The notes beneath the pieces are model-generated. The model made no database searches. It saw only the letters and a program-made list of their open reading frames with translations, and was not told the DNA's origin. The position numbers and the translations under genes were made by a program. Of a DNA stretch of 64,000 nucleotides, positions 11,195 to 20,465 are shown piece after piece; position 1 is the stretch's first letter; each line of letters begins with the position of its first letter. This DNA comes from Synechococcus sp. UW140 (lineage in GTDB: Bacteria; Cyanobacteriota; Cyanobacteriia; PCC-6307; Cyanobiaceae), in contig CAMBZX010000001.1 of assembly GCA_945872185.1 (NCBI GenBank), positions 6,101-70,100 on the forward strand, read 5' to 3'.

Positions 11195-11964
11195 TCGGGC
11201 TGGGCCGCCGCCAATGCCCGAGCCTGCTCCAGCTGTTCGGCGGTGTCCACCGACAGCGACTCGCCCTGCACCGCAAAGGTGCCGATCTCGATTCCCGCCT
11301 CCAGCAGCCGCAGCTGCTCCAGTTTTTCGAACTCCTCCAGCGGCGAGGGCGGCAGGTCGTTCCAGCGGGCCAGCACATCGGCCCGATAGCCGTAGATGCC
11401 CACATGGCCCCAGTAGGGCGCATGGGCCGGCCACTCGGCTGGATCGACACCCCGCACATGGGGAATCGCCGAGCGCGAAAAGTAGAGAGCACGGCCATCG
11501 GCAGCCACCAACGTCTTGACGACATTGGGGTTGTGCACCTTGTCAGCCCCCATGCGGTACACGGGCGTCAGCACCTCGGCCGCCGGCCCCAGCCGTTCGA
11601 ATGCCGCCGCCATGGCGTCGATCACAGCGGCGTCGATGAACGGCTGATCGCCCTGCACATTGAGGATCACCGTCTGCTCGGCCGTCGTCCCGGCCAGCTC
11701 CACCAGCAGCTCCACCACCGACGCGATCCGCTCACTGCCGGAACCACAGGCCGGGCTGGTGGCGATCGCCGGGAAACCCCAGCGGCCCGCGGCCTGGATC
11801 AGCGCCTCGCTGTCGGTGCAGAGCACCACCGCCTCGGGAGCCTGGGCCTGGCGGCAACGCTCCAGCACCCGCTGCAGCATCGGCCGGCCGCCGATATCGG
11901 CCATCACCTTGCCGGGCAACCTCGACGACTCCAGCCGGGCCGGCACCGCCACCACGTAGCGCAT
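11191..11964 (-). CDS. kdsB: CMP-Kdo synthetase
   Basis: PARLESSRLPGK, NVQGDQP, ALYFSRSAIP, EKLEQLR. Confidence 0.95.
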   Translation of the reverse strand: MRYVVAVPARLESSRLPGKVMADIGGRPMLQRVLERCRQAQAPEAVVLCTDSEALIQAAGRWGFPAIATSPACGSGSERIASVVELLVELAGTTAEQTVILNVQGDQPFIDAAVIDAMAAAFERLGPAAEVLTPVYRMGADKVHNPNVVKTLVAADGRALYFSRSAIPHVRGVDPAEWPAHAPYWGHVGIYGYRADVLARWNDLPPSPLEEFEKLEQLRLLEAGIEIGTFAVQGESLSVDTAEQLEQARALAAAQPD

Positions 11965-11992
11965 CGAGGGATCCCCTGATCAGCGCTGGAGC

Positions 11993-12496
11993 CTACGGCT
12001 GCCAGTCGGCGCTGGCCTGACGGGCCCGGCGCACCAGCTGCAGCACCGAATCCGCATCCGCCTCCGGGCGCTCACCAGCGCTCACCGCCCGGTAGAGATC
12101 AGCCACGCGCCAGCTCTCGGTGGCCGGATCGGAGCCATGGCGGGGGATCAGGTGCAGATGGAAATGGCGCGCCCCCTCGCCGAAGGCCACCGCATAGACC
12201 CGTTGACAGCCGCTCAACTCCCGCACCAAAGCAGAGCAGCGCTGCAGCATCGGCCCGAGGGCGGCACTTTCATGGGCATCGAAATCGGCCGGGCCACCCA
12301 CATGCCGCAGGCTGTCGAGAATCAGCCAGCCCACCAGCGGCGCCGGCAGCGGATGGTGGCGCAGCAGCCAGGGGCCGAAGCGACCGATCGCCAGGTCGCC
12401 GGCCCCAGCGGCGCTGGCGCGCACAGGCTGGGTGAAGCCGGTGGCGGCCAGGGCCCCATGAACCTGGCAGACGCCACAGGTGGGAAGGTCGTTCAT
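11993..12496 (-). CDS. HIT family hydrolase
   Basis: CxxC N-terminus and HFHLHLIPR histidine triad. Confidence 0.85.
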   Translation of the reverse strand: MNDLPTCGVCQVHGALAATGFTQPVRASAAGAGDLAIGRFGPWLLRHHPLPAPLVGWLILDSLRHVGGPADFDAHESAALGPMLQRCSALVRELSGCQRVYAVAFGEGARHFHLHLIPRHGSDPATESWRVADLYRAVSAGERPEADADSVLQLVRRARQASADWQP

Positions 12497-13451
12497 GCTG
12501 CGAAACTCGGGCCAGAGGAACGCCGCGCCCATCGCCACTTTCCCGCACTCCGCCCCCGCCGCCGCGAGCGAGCGGATCGCCGTGGTGACGGTGGCCTACG
12601 GCAGTGCGGCAGTGCTGCCAGCCCTGGCCAGGGATCTGGCCGCCCAGTCCAGCCCAGCCGAGGCCTGGTGGGTGGTGGACAACAGCCCGCAATCGGCCCC
12701 CCTGGATCCCGATCTGCTGACAACCGCCGCCGCCAGCGGGCTGAGCATCCGGCTGATCCGCGGTGCTGAAGGCGCTGGTTTCGCCGCCGGCTGCAACCGG
12801 GCCCTCGATCTCCTGGCTGCAGAGCACTGGGACGGCTGGGTGTGGCTGCTCAATCCCGACACCGGCCTGCCGCAAGGGGACGAACTGGCCAGTCTGCGGC
12901 GCCAGCTGAAGCACCTACCGGCCCAGGCTCTGGTGGGCACCGCCGTCGCCGATGGCACCGGTGGCTATGAAGCCAATGGTGGCTGGTTCAGCGCCGGCCT
13001 CTCCTTCCGCGGCCGGCGCCTGGATCCCCGCGCGGCGATCCAGGACGAGAGGGCGGCCCCCCTGGCGCTCGACTGGCTGAGCGGCTGCAGCCTGGCGCTG
13101 CGGCCGGCGGCCCAGCCCATCGCCGCCCGCTTCGACGAACGCTTTCCTCTCTATTACGAGGACATGGATTTCTGCCGGCGCCTCGCTTCCGAGGGGGCGC
13201 CGGTGTTGTGGCTGCGGCAGCCGCTGATCGTGCATCGCAAGGGCAGCGGCAGCGTGGCCCCGGGGCCGCGGCGGCTGCAGCTCTCCACCCTGAGCTATCT
13301 GCGCTTCCTGCGCCGCTACAGCCCCGGCTGGGTGGTGGCACTGCGCAGCCTGCGCCTGCTGCTGCTCAGCCTGCTGCGCCTGCCACTGCGGCCGCAGTGC
13401 AGCCTGGCCGTGTTGCAGGCGATGCTCACCGTGTTGCGGGAGCCCGCCTGA
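12495..13451 (+). CDS. GT2 glycosyltransferase (rhamnosyltransferase-like)
   Basis: VVDN, GFAAGCN, LLNPD, FDERFPLYYEDMD; start approximate. Confidence 0.85.
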   Translation: MLRNSGQRNAAPIATFPHSAPAAASERIAVVTVAYGSAAVLPALARDLAAQSSPAEAWWVVDNSPQSAPLDPDLLTTAAASGLSIRLIRGAEGAGFAAGCNRALDLLAAEHWDGWVWLLNPDTGLPQGDELASLRRQLKHLPAQALVGTAVADGTGGYEANGGWFSAGLSFRGRRLDPRAAIQDERAAPLALDWLSGCSLALRPAAQPIAARFDERFPLYYEDMDFCRRLASEGAPVLWLRQPLIVHRKGSGSVAPGPRRLQLSTLSYLRFLRRYSPGWVVALRSLRLLLLSLLRLPLRPQCSLAVLQAMLTVLREPA

Positions 13452-13455
13452 GCCC

Positions 13456-14556
13456 ATGCCCTGCCCTGCCCGCTCCAACTGCCCGACACCCCTCGCCCTG
13501 TTCAACGGCAGCTACCTGAGCCGTAAACCCACCGGCATCGGGGTGGTGGCCCGCGATCTGGTGGCCGCCCTGGATCCGGCCCTCGTGCCCCTGCTCGATC
13601 CCCTGGCGGGCGACCGTCCCGGCAGCCTGCCGATCCCCACCAATCTGTCGCCGGAGCATGGCCGCCGCGGCCATCTGCAACGGCTGCGCTGGACCCAGAA
13701 CCAACTGCCCAGGCTGCTGCGTGCCAGCGGCGCTCCCCTGCTGCTCTCGCCGCTGCCGGAGGCACCGCTGCTGCGGGGGGTGCGCTCGGTGGTGCTGGTT
13801 CACGACCTGCTGCCCCTGCGCTACCCCCAGCTCACCCCCCTGCTGGCCTACCACCTGGCCTATGTGCCATTGGTGCTGCACCGGGCCGTGAAGGTGCTGT
13901 GCAACTCCGAAGCCACCGCCCGGGAGGTGCATGGCCGGCTGGGGGTGCCGGCGCGGCGGCTGGTGCCGATCCGGCTGGGCTTTGATCCCGGCCGGCTGCG
14001 GCCGCTCGGCCTGGAGCGCCAGCCGTTTGTGCTGGTGCTGGGTCGCCACGATCCCCACAAGAACCTGGCCCGGGTGCTGCGGGCCTTCGCCGCCGCGGAT
14101 GATCCGGGCCGGGAGCTGCGGCTGAAACTGGTGGGCCCTCCCGACGCTCGCTACACGCCGCCCCTGCAACGCCTGGCGGCCGAGCTCGGCATCAGCGAAC
14201 GCTGCGACTGGATCGCCTGGGTGAGTGACCAGGAGCGGCTGCAGCTGCTGAACCGCTGCCGCGCCCTGGTGCTGGTGAGCCTGTGGGAGGGCTTCGGCCT
14301 GCCGGCCCTGGAGGCGATGGCCTGCGGCGCACCGGTGATCGCCGCCCGCGCCGGTGCCCTGCCGGAGGTGGTGGGCGAGGCGGCCCTGCTGGTGGATCCG
14401 CGCGACCCGGCGGCGATCGCCGATGCGATCAGCCGCATCGACCGAGACCCATCCCTGGCCCGCTCGCTGGCGGCGGCAGGGCCAGCGCGAGCGGCCCGCT
14501 TTCAGTGGGACGCCAGCGCCCAGCAGGTGCTGCAGGTGCTGCAGGACTGCGGCTGA
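13456..14556 (+). CDS. GT4 glycosyltransferase
   Basis: VHDLLP, KN, EGFGLPALEAMACG. Confidence 0.9.
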   Translation: MPCPARSNCPTPLALFNGSYLSRKPTGIGVVARDLVAALDPALVPLLDPLAGDRPGSLPIPTNLSPEHGRRGHLQRLRWTQNQLPRLLRASGAPLLLSPLPEAPLLRGVRSVVLVHDLLPLRYPQLTPLLAYHLAYVPLVLHRAVKVLCNSEATAREVHGRLGVPARRLVPIRLGFDPGRLRPLGLERQPFVLVLGRHDPHKNLARVLRAFAAADDPGRELRLKLVGPPDARYTPPLQRLAAELGISERCDWIAWVSDQERLQLLNRCRALVLVSLWEGFGLPALEAMACGAPVIAARAGALPEVVGEAALLVDPRDPAAIADAISRIDRDPSLARSLAAAGPARAARFQWDASAQQVLQVLQDCG

Positions 14557-14571
14557 AATTGGCCGGAGCGC

Positions 14572-15345
14572 TCAGATCAGGGTGAGGCGCTGATGCTGAT
14601 CCGCATCGATCAGCCCACGGCGTCGAGCTCGATCGAGAAACGCAAAATCGCGGCGGTACAGACGGCGAGCCCGGGCCCGCAGTTCGTCATTGAAAAAACC
14701 CGAATAGGCAGGAGAATCACCTGCGGCCAGGAGCGTAGACAGGTACTCGTGGCCATAAGACCACAACGGCGCCGTACCGGCTGAATTGACAGCCGTGACG
14801 CCATCGCCAACCGCTTCGGCCAGCTCTTGACCACGAACCTCCAAGGTCCTGTTGCCACGCACACGGAAGGGCATGGCCACATCCGTTCCAAAAAAGCTGT
14901 TGACAAAACTACCTAGCGGCTCAAGCTCTTCAGAGTTGAAAACCTTGTCGAAACGGCGCCAACGATAGCGGGACATCTGCGACTTGAAATGAACTTTGTC
15001 AACACAGCGAAAGCCATGGCGAGTCAACTCATCCACGAACTCAGCAAACGTATCGAGACGGGCAGCCGGGCAGAGCTTCAGCGAAGCTTCACGGTATTTC
15101 GAATGTTCTACATACTTATTGAGGTAACCACTGACAAGGCGCCGATAGGGATTGCGAAAAACAATCACACTCGCCCTGATTGGACAGCTCACCGACTTGG
15201 TCTTCGCCACTTCCCAGGCGAAATCGGACACGCTGCGGCAGGACGCCTTTGGAGAGGCGCATATCACCATCGAGTCGATCAGGCTGACAAGGGCCCTCGG
15301 CGCCATGATATTCCAGAAAGAGTGAGAGTTTATTCTATCACTCAA
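14572..15345 (-). CDS. Sulfotransferase family 2 protein
   Basis: PKASC 5'-PSB-like, RNPYRRLVSGY 3'-PB, HFKSQ, LYRRDF; visibly lower GC. Confidence 0.7.
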   Translation of the reverse strand: MSDRINSHSFWNIMAPRALVSLIDSMVICASPKASCRSVSDFAWEVAKTKSVSCPIRASVIVFRNPYRRLVSGYLNKYVEHSKYREASLKLCPAARLDTFAEFVDELTRHGFRCVDKVHFKSQMSRYRWRRFDKVFNSEELEPLGSFVNSFFGTDVAMPFRVRGNRTLEVRGQELAEAVGDGVTAVNSAGTAPLWSYGHEYLSTLLAAGDSPAYSGFFNDELRARARRLYRRDFAFLDRARRRGLIDADQHQRLTLI

Positions 15346-15607
15346 TTAGCCCACTCGATCTCATAGCTTCTACTGCATCAATCTCGACGACCATGAATTA
15401 CCGGAAAGCCCCGCTCGCAAGACCGAGGACAGCAGATCAAGCCCGGGCAAACCCTATGGACTTGACCTCCACGACCGAAGATCTGACGTAATCATGGTGG
15501 CAACGCACCTGAGCCATGGCGCAGAAGCACTTACGGCGCCGGCGCGACTGGGATTGGAACTCTCACTCGGCCCAGAATTTACAGACTCAGGCCAAGCCAA
15601 CGAGGGC

Positions 15608-16477
15608 TCAAAATGTTTGATTTCGACCATCGCAATCCCAGGCCTTGAGATAGGTTTCCGCCTCCATTCTGTAGTGGGCACTCACGGAAGCACGTGTATT
15701 TCCCGCCCTCAGCTCCCGCAGCTTCGCCTGCACAGCCAAGCGATACCCAACCATCAAAATCGTGAGATAAACACCTCGCCAACCAAATCTGTAGCCACCG
15801 CCGAAAGCGTAGCGCCGCAGCGCCTCACGACATGCGATCGCCATGGCATAAGGCAGCCAGGCAGCCTTGCCCTGGAGATCGGCCTGGACGGCCTCGATCG
15901 TAGTGTAACGATTAAGCTTTTCAATAAATTGGGCTACATCAATATAGTTAAAATGAATGATAGCGCCATGCTCGCGGCAATTCAGCCTTCGCTCTCTCGC
16001 CCCGGAAGCCACATGAAAAAATCGATGGATATCGGCCGTCACCACAACGGCATCCCGCCTGAATAATCGCATCTGGGCGTCTTCATCAGCACCCCAGCCC
16101 AGGCCATTGATCGGCTCTCCCAGGAGATAATTAAGGCGTGGGATCCAGCAGACATCAGTCGCGTCATCTGCCACGACTTGCGCCAGAACCCTCGCCAGAG
16201 GAAGCGGGATCAGCTCATCAGCATCCAGCACCAGGATCCACTCATGTCGAGCCTGAGCGATCGCAAAAGCCCTGGCCGGATCAGCGAAGCCCAGGCGCTC
16301 GTGAAGGCAAACGCGCGCACCAAAGCGCCGGGCGACAGCAACGGTTTCATCGTCGCTGTGCATATCGCAAACCAGGATGTCGTCGGCCCAGGCGCGAACC
16401 GAACGCAGGGCCTGCGGCAGATTGCACTCCTCATTGAGGGTATGAATCACGACCGTGAGCGGAACGCGGTTGATCAC
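15608..16477 (-). CDS. GT2 glycosyltransferase (WaaE/KdtX-like)
   Basis: TLNEE, DMHSDDET, LDADE, KLNRYT. Confidence 0.85.
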   Translation of the reverse strand: MINRVPLTVVIHTLNEECNLPQALRSVRAWADDILVCDMHSDDETVAVARRFGARVCLHERLGFADPARAFAIAQARHEWILVLDADELIPLPLARVLAQVVADDATDVCWIPRLNYLLGEPINGLGWGADEDAQMRLFRRDAVVVTADIHRFFHVASGARERRLNCREHGAIIHFNYIDVAQFIEKLNRYTTIEAVQADLQGKAAWLPYAMAIACREALRRYAFGGGYRFGWRGVYLTILMVGYRLAVQAKLRELRAGNTRASVSAHYRMEAETYLKAWDCDGRNQTF

Positions 16478-17445
16478 GATTCGATCCTGGCTGCCAACGA
16501 TTCCGCCTCCATACCCGTGGCCGGTTGAACAACCGTATGGCTGCCAGTCGCGCCCATCTCCTGCGACCCCGCAGCCTCCTCCAGAACCGTGGCCGAACGG
16601 CGGGCGCAGAGAACTCGCACCATGGATCGGAAATGGTCGTCAACCGTCGCCGGCAAGCCTACCCACAGCGGCCATGCCGCATCGCGACGGGTCAGGCCGA
16701 TGATCAGCGTGAAACTTTCGCCAATCGCCACCGGATTCGGGAAACCCTGAATCAGCCCCTCGGCTGAACATCCCGGAAAACGCTCCAGGTCCACCTCTCC
16801 ATGCCAACGCCGCTTGCCTGGGTAAGGATGGCTGAGCAACAGCAGGGGTCGGGGGCTGGCGCCAGGCTGGCGCCACAACAGCTCGACCCCAGGCGAATCA
16901 ATCAGCAACCCAGCTGCCGCCAAGTCTGGCGGCAGCTGGGTTGCGGCAACGGGAAACGGTCCCAGCTCACGACAGGCGAAATGGCGGCACCAGGGAGCCC
17001 GAAAGGCCACCGCGTCGGAGAACAGATAGATCGGGGTACCTGGCGAGAACTGCTCGGGCCGCAGCGCCCTGGGCTGGTCGCGGTACTGGTCCAGGCCATC
17101 ATCGAGCAGCAGGATCTGGGGAACTCGCGCCAGAATCGCCGCCAGCAACCGTCCCCCCTCCCGGCGATGGGGGATATAGATCCGGCGCACCAGGCCCAGC
17201 CAGCACAGCAGCAACAACAGCAGCAACGTGAGCGGGCCGGCGGGCAGCCAGCCGAGCCCACGACCCCAGACCCAGGCGGGCCGGGAGCCAGCCTCCAGCC
17301 GTGTCGGCTCGTAGAACGCGATCGCCCAATCACGCGACTGCTCCTGCAGCCTCTGAACCGTGGCCGCGGCCAGATTCACCGCATTGAAACAGAAATACAC
17401 ATCCAGCGCCGGGCCAAGACGACGCAGCCGCCCCGCCATCCTCAT
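16474..17445 (-). CDS. Hypothetical protein, candidate CMP-sugar transferase
   Basis: Overlaps both neighbours (coupled); LLDDG and SHP motifs. Confidence 0.55.
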   Translation of the reverse strand: MRMAGRLRRLGPALDVYFCFNAVNLAAATVQRLQEQSRDWAIAFYEPTRLEAGSRPAWVWGRGLGWLPAGPLTLLLLLLLCWLGLVRRIYIPHRREGGRLLAAILARVPQILLLDDGLDQYRDQPRALRPEQFSPGTPIYLFSDAVAFRAPWCRHFACRELGPFPVAATQLPPDLAAAGLLIDSPGVELLWRQPGASPRPLLLLSHPYPGKRRWHGEVDLERFPGCSAEGLIQGFPNPVAIGESFTLIIGLTRRDAAWPLWVGLPATVDDHFRSMVRVLCARRSATVLEEAAGSQEMGATGSHTVVQPATGMEAESLAARIES

Positions 17446-18542
17446 CGCCGACGACCGGGCGAGATTGCAGCCTGCAGCGCCTGCATCCGCCCCCTAGAGA
17501 GGGACAACAGACCTACCGGAAGGTGCATCAATCGCCGGCCGCTATGCCACCAGAGGCGATGCCACCAACGCACCTCCCAGCGCCCCCGATGGGACGGAGG
17601 CACCAACTTCAGGGGCAACTCGGCGAGGAACACCTCTGGTATCGCCAGGAAGCAGCCCCAGAAGGACATCCGCCGGACGTGGTCAATCTCATCGGCCACC
17701 TCCGCCGACAGCTGGGGAAGCGAAGCCGCTTCCACCTGCCACACCCCCGAAGAGAGCTCCCGATACTCGGAACCTGCCACCCGGCCACTCCAGGGGCAGT
17801 GCGCCGCCAGCAACCGATTGCTCAGTCGCGAAGCCCGCATCGCCGCCAGCGCCCTGGATGCCTCCAGGGCATTGAGGCGGCCCAAGCAGCCCTGGCCCGC
17901 CCGCTCCGCATCGGAGTGGGCAATCACACCGATCCACGCGGCGGGAAGCGTCGCCGCCCCCTGGCCCGTCTGCAGCGCCAGCCGGGCCTGCAGATCTTTG
18001 TCGTCGAAGCCGTAGCCGATCAGGTGTTCATTGAACCCCCCCACCGCTGCAAACAACTGGCGCGACATCAGAAACTGGCCCTTGCGCCCCTCGGGGCCGC
18101 AACCAAACGCATACCCAGGGGCCTCAGCAGCCCCCTCAGTCACCCTCTCCGACGACGGCGGCGGCGGCGGCGGCAGGCCCCACACCTCGTCAACCCAGTC
18201 GCGGCCGCCCCCGCCTGGCTTGGGCCAGGCCTCGGTTGGCCAGGCCTTTGTTCGCCAGGCCTCCGTTGGCCAGGTATCGGCATCCAGCTTGAGGATCCAA
18301 TCCCCCGCCGCACGGGATACCGCGAAGTTGTACGCCCGGCACAGGTTCCAGCGGGCCTCCCCTTCCACCCGCAACAGCCGCAGCCGTGGGTCTGCCGGCA
18401 GCTCCTGGCGCCGCAGGGGCTGGCGGCTGCTCCAATCAACGATCAGGTGTTCCCCATGGTTGGGCCAGGCCGCCACCTGCGGGGCCGTGGCCAGCAGGTG
18501 CTGCCGCCGGTTCATGCACACCGTCACGATCGACAGACTCAT
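17442..18542 (-). CDS. GT2/GT7-like glycosyltransferase, paralog A
   Basis: VTVCMNR, IVDW, KLDAD, GGFNEHLIGYGFDDKDL; ATGA overlap with the upstream paralog. Confidence 0.85.
   Translation of the reverse strand: MSLSIVTVCMNRRQHLLATAPQVAAWPNHGEHLIVDWSSRQPLRRQELPADPRLRLLRVEGEARWNLCRAYNFAVSRAAGDWILKLDADTWPTEAWRTKAWPTEAWPKPGGGGRDWVDEVWGLPPPPPPSSERVTEGAAEAPGYAFGCGPEGRKGQFLMSRQLFAAVGGFNEHLIGYGFDDKDLQARLALQTGQGAATLPAAWIGVIAHSDAERAGQGCLGRLNALEASRALAAMRASRLSNRLLAAHCPWSGRVAGSEYRELSSGVWQVEAASLPQLSAEVADEIDHVRRMSFWGCFLAIPEVFLAELPLKLVPPSHRGRWEVRWWHRLWWHSGRRLMHLPVGLLSLSRGRMQALQAAISPGRRR
18225..18274. repeat. In-frame 15-bp tandem repeat x3.3
   Basis: ccaggcctcggttgg|ccaggcctttgttcg|ccaggcctccgttgg|ccagg. 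Confidence 0.8.
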
Positions 18543-19639
18543 GAACCCAGTGGCGTGCGGTCCTGAACCAGCCGGTCGCCAAACCAGCCCCGCAGGGCCA
18601 GAAGCCCCTGGCGCCCCAGCACCAGGGCCCACACCGGCAACTCCAGCAGGGGGCGAGCGCTGTACCACCAGATCCGGTGCCAGATCCGCACCCGCCAGCG
18701 GCCAGCGTGCTCAGGCGGAAAGAGGGAATAGGGCAGCACCTCCAGACAGGGTTCCGGAATCGCCAGGAAGAAACCCCAGAAGGTCATGCGGCGGGCGTGA
18801 TCAATCTCAGCGGCCACACCCGTAGCCAGCCGGGGAATCGTGGCCGCTTCCGCCTGCCACACGCCGGCCGCTCGCTCCAGATACACCGAGCCTGGGGCCC
18901 GGCCGCTCCAGGGGCAGTGCGCCGCCAGCAGCCGGTTACTCAGCTGCGAGGCCCGCATCGCCGCCAACCCCCGGGATGCCTCCAGCCAATCCAACCGGCT
19001 GGAGCGGCCCTGACCCGCCCGTTCCGCATCGGAATGGGGAATCACGCCAATCCAGGCTTCTGCAAGCTCAGAGGCTGGCTGGCCTGTGTGCACCGCCAGT
19101 CTTGCCTGCAGATCCTTGTCGTCGAAGCCGTAGCCAATCAGATGCTCATTGAAGCCACCCACCGCTTCAAACAGCTGGCGCGACATCAGAAACTGGCCCT
19201 TGCGCCCCTGCGGGCCGCTGCCGAACGCATAGCCAGGGCCCGCTGGCGCCCCCCCCTCCCGGGGCTGCAGACCCAGAATGAGGCGCAGCCCATCATGCGT
19301 GCAGCAGCCTTCCCCGGACCAGGCTGCCGTGGGCCAGGTATCGGCATCCAGCTTGAGAATCCAGTCTCCCGACGCCCGCGCCACCGCAAAGTTGTAGGCC
19401 CGGCAGAGGTTCCAGCTCGGTTCGCCCTCCACCCGCAGCAGCCGGATGCGGCCATCGGCGGGCAGCTGCTCTCGCCGCACCGGCACCGCACTGCTCCAGT
19501 CGACGATCACATGCTCCTGATGGCCTGACCAGCCCGCCACCCGCGAGGCCGTGGCCAGCAGGTGCTCCAACCGGTTCATGCACACCGTGACGATGCTCAG
19601 GTGCACCGCCGCGCTCGTGGCTGGCTGGCTCAATCCCAC
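18539..19639 (-). CDS. GT2/GT7-like glycosyltransferase, paralog B
   Basis: Same motifs as paralog A; start may be GTG at 19606. Confidence 0.85.
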   Translation of the reverse strand: MGLSQPATSAAVHLSIVTVCMNRLEHLLATASRVAGWSGHQEHVIVDWSSAVPVRREQLPADGRIRLLRVEGEPSWNLCRAYNFAVARASGDWILKLDADTWPTAAWSGEGCCTHDGLRLILGLQPREGGAPAGPGYAFGSGPQGRKGQFLMSRQLFEAVGGFNEHLIGYGFDDKDLQARLAVHTGQPASELAEAWIGVIPHSDAERAGQGRSSRLDWLEASRGLAAMRASQLSNRLLAAHCPWSGRAPGSVYLERAAGVWQAEAATIPRLATGVAAEIDHARRMTFWGFFLAIPEPCLEVLPYSLFPPEHAGRWRVRIWHRIWWYSARPLLELPVWALVLGRQGLLALRGWFGDRLVQDRTPLGS

Positions 19640-20337
19640 AGGCGCATGGCGTCATCACGGGCGCGATACCACTCGGCCGCCAGCACCCCACCCATGAACG
19701 CCTGCTCGCGGAACCAGGGGCCGCCAAGGGTCCAGTGCAGCAAGCGGGCCCCCTGGGAGCGGGCAGGATCCTGCACATCAACCAGATGGTTCCAGCGATC
19801 GGCCAGGGCACCGATTTCATGATCGCCGGCCAGCCAGTGGAAGCGATGCAGCTCCAGGCCACTGGCGCTGTTGACGTAGTCGGAAGTGAGTGCCGTGCAG
19901 CGCTCACAGTTGAGCAGCATCAGGGAACTCCAATTCTTCTTCGGATAGGGACTCTGGGGCTCACCCAGGAACTTCACCGCCTCATTTGGATTGTGCTCAT
20001 GCTGCACACATTGCACCGCATAGCGATCGTCGCGCTCGCCCCAGAGCTCAGCGATATCGCCGCGGCAGAGCATGTCGCAGTCCATGAAGATGGCCCAGCC
20101 CCGATAACCCATCAGCTGGGGCACGAGGAAACGGGTGAAGGAGAAGGCCGTGGCCTGCTTCGGATCACGTTCGCGCTGAAACACCCCCAGGGCCTCCAGC
20201 TGGGGCGTGACGATCGGCGTGATCGCCAGGGGCAGGGAGCTGTGCTGCACCAGGCTGTCGATCAGCACACTGGTGGCGGCCCGCTCCCGTGGGTCATAAC
20301 CAATAAAAACGGGGATCGGACCAGCGGCGTGGCGCAT
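19630..20337 (-). CDS. GT8-like glycosyltransferase
   Basis: VFIGYDPRE, FSFTRFLVP, FMDCDM, YPKKNWSS, HWTLGGPW. Confidence 0.85.
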   Translation of the reverse strand: MRHAAGPIPVFIGYDPRERAATSVLIDSLVQHSSLPLAITPIVTPQLEALGVFQRERDPKQATAFSFTRFLVPQLMGYRGWAIFMDCDMLCRGDIAELWGERDDRYAVQCVQHEHNPNEAVKFLGEPQSPYPKKNWSSLMLLNCERCTALTSDYVNSASGLELHRFHWLAGDHEIGALADRWNHLVDVQDPARSQGARLLHWTLGGPWFREQAFMGGVLAAEWYRARDDAMRLWD

Positions 20338-20465
20338 CGGGGAAGTCGGTTCAAGGGGAGACGGAAGCAACGCCTCGTTCTGCTCCCACGCGGAGCCACG
20401 AGCACCAAAGCCAATCTAAGCGCCACCCTTTCGGCCATTCTCCAGGGCTTGCCTAGGCTCTGCCG

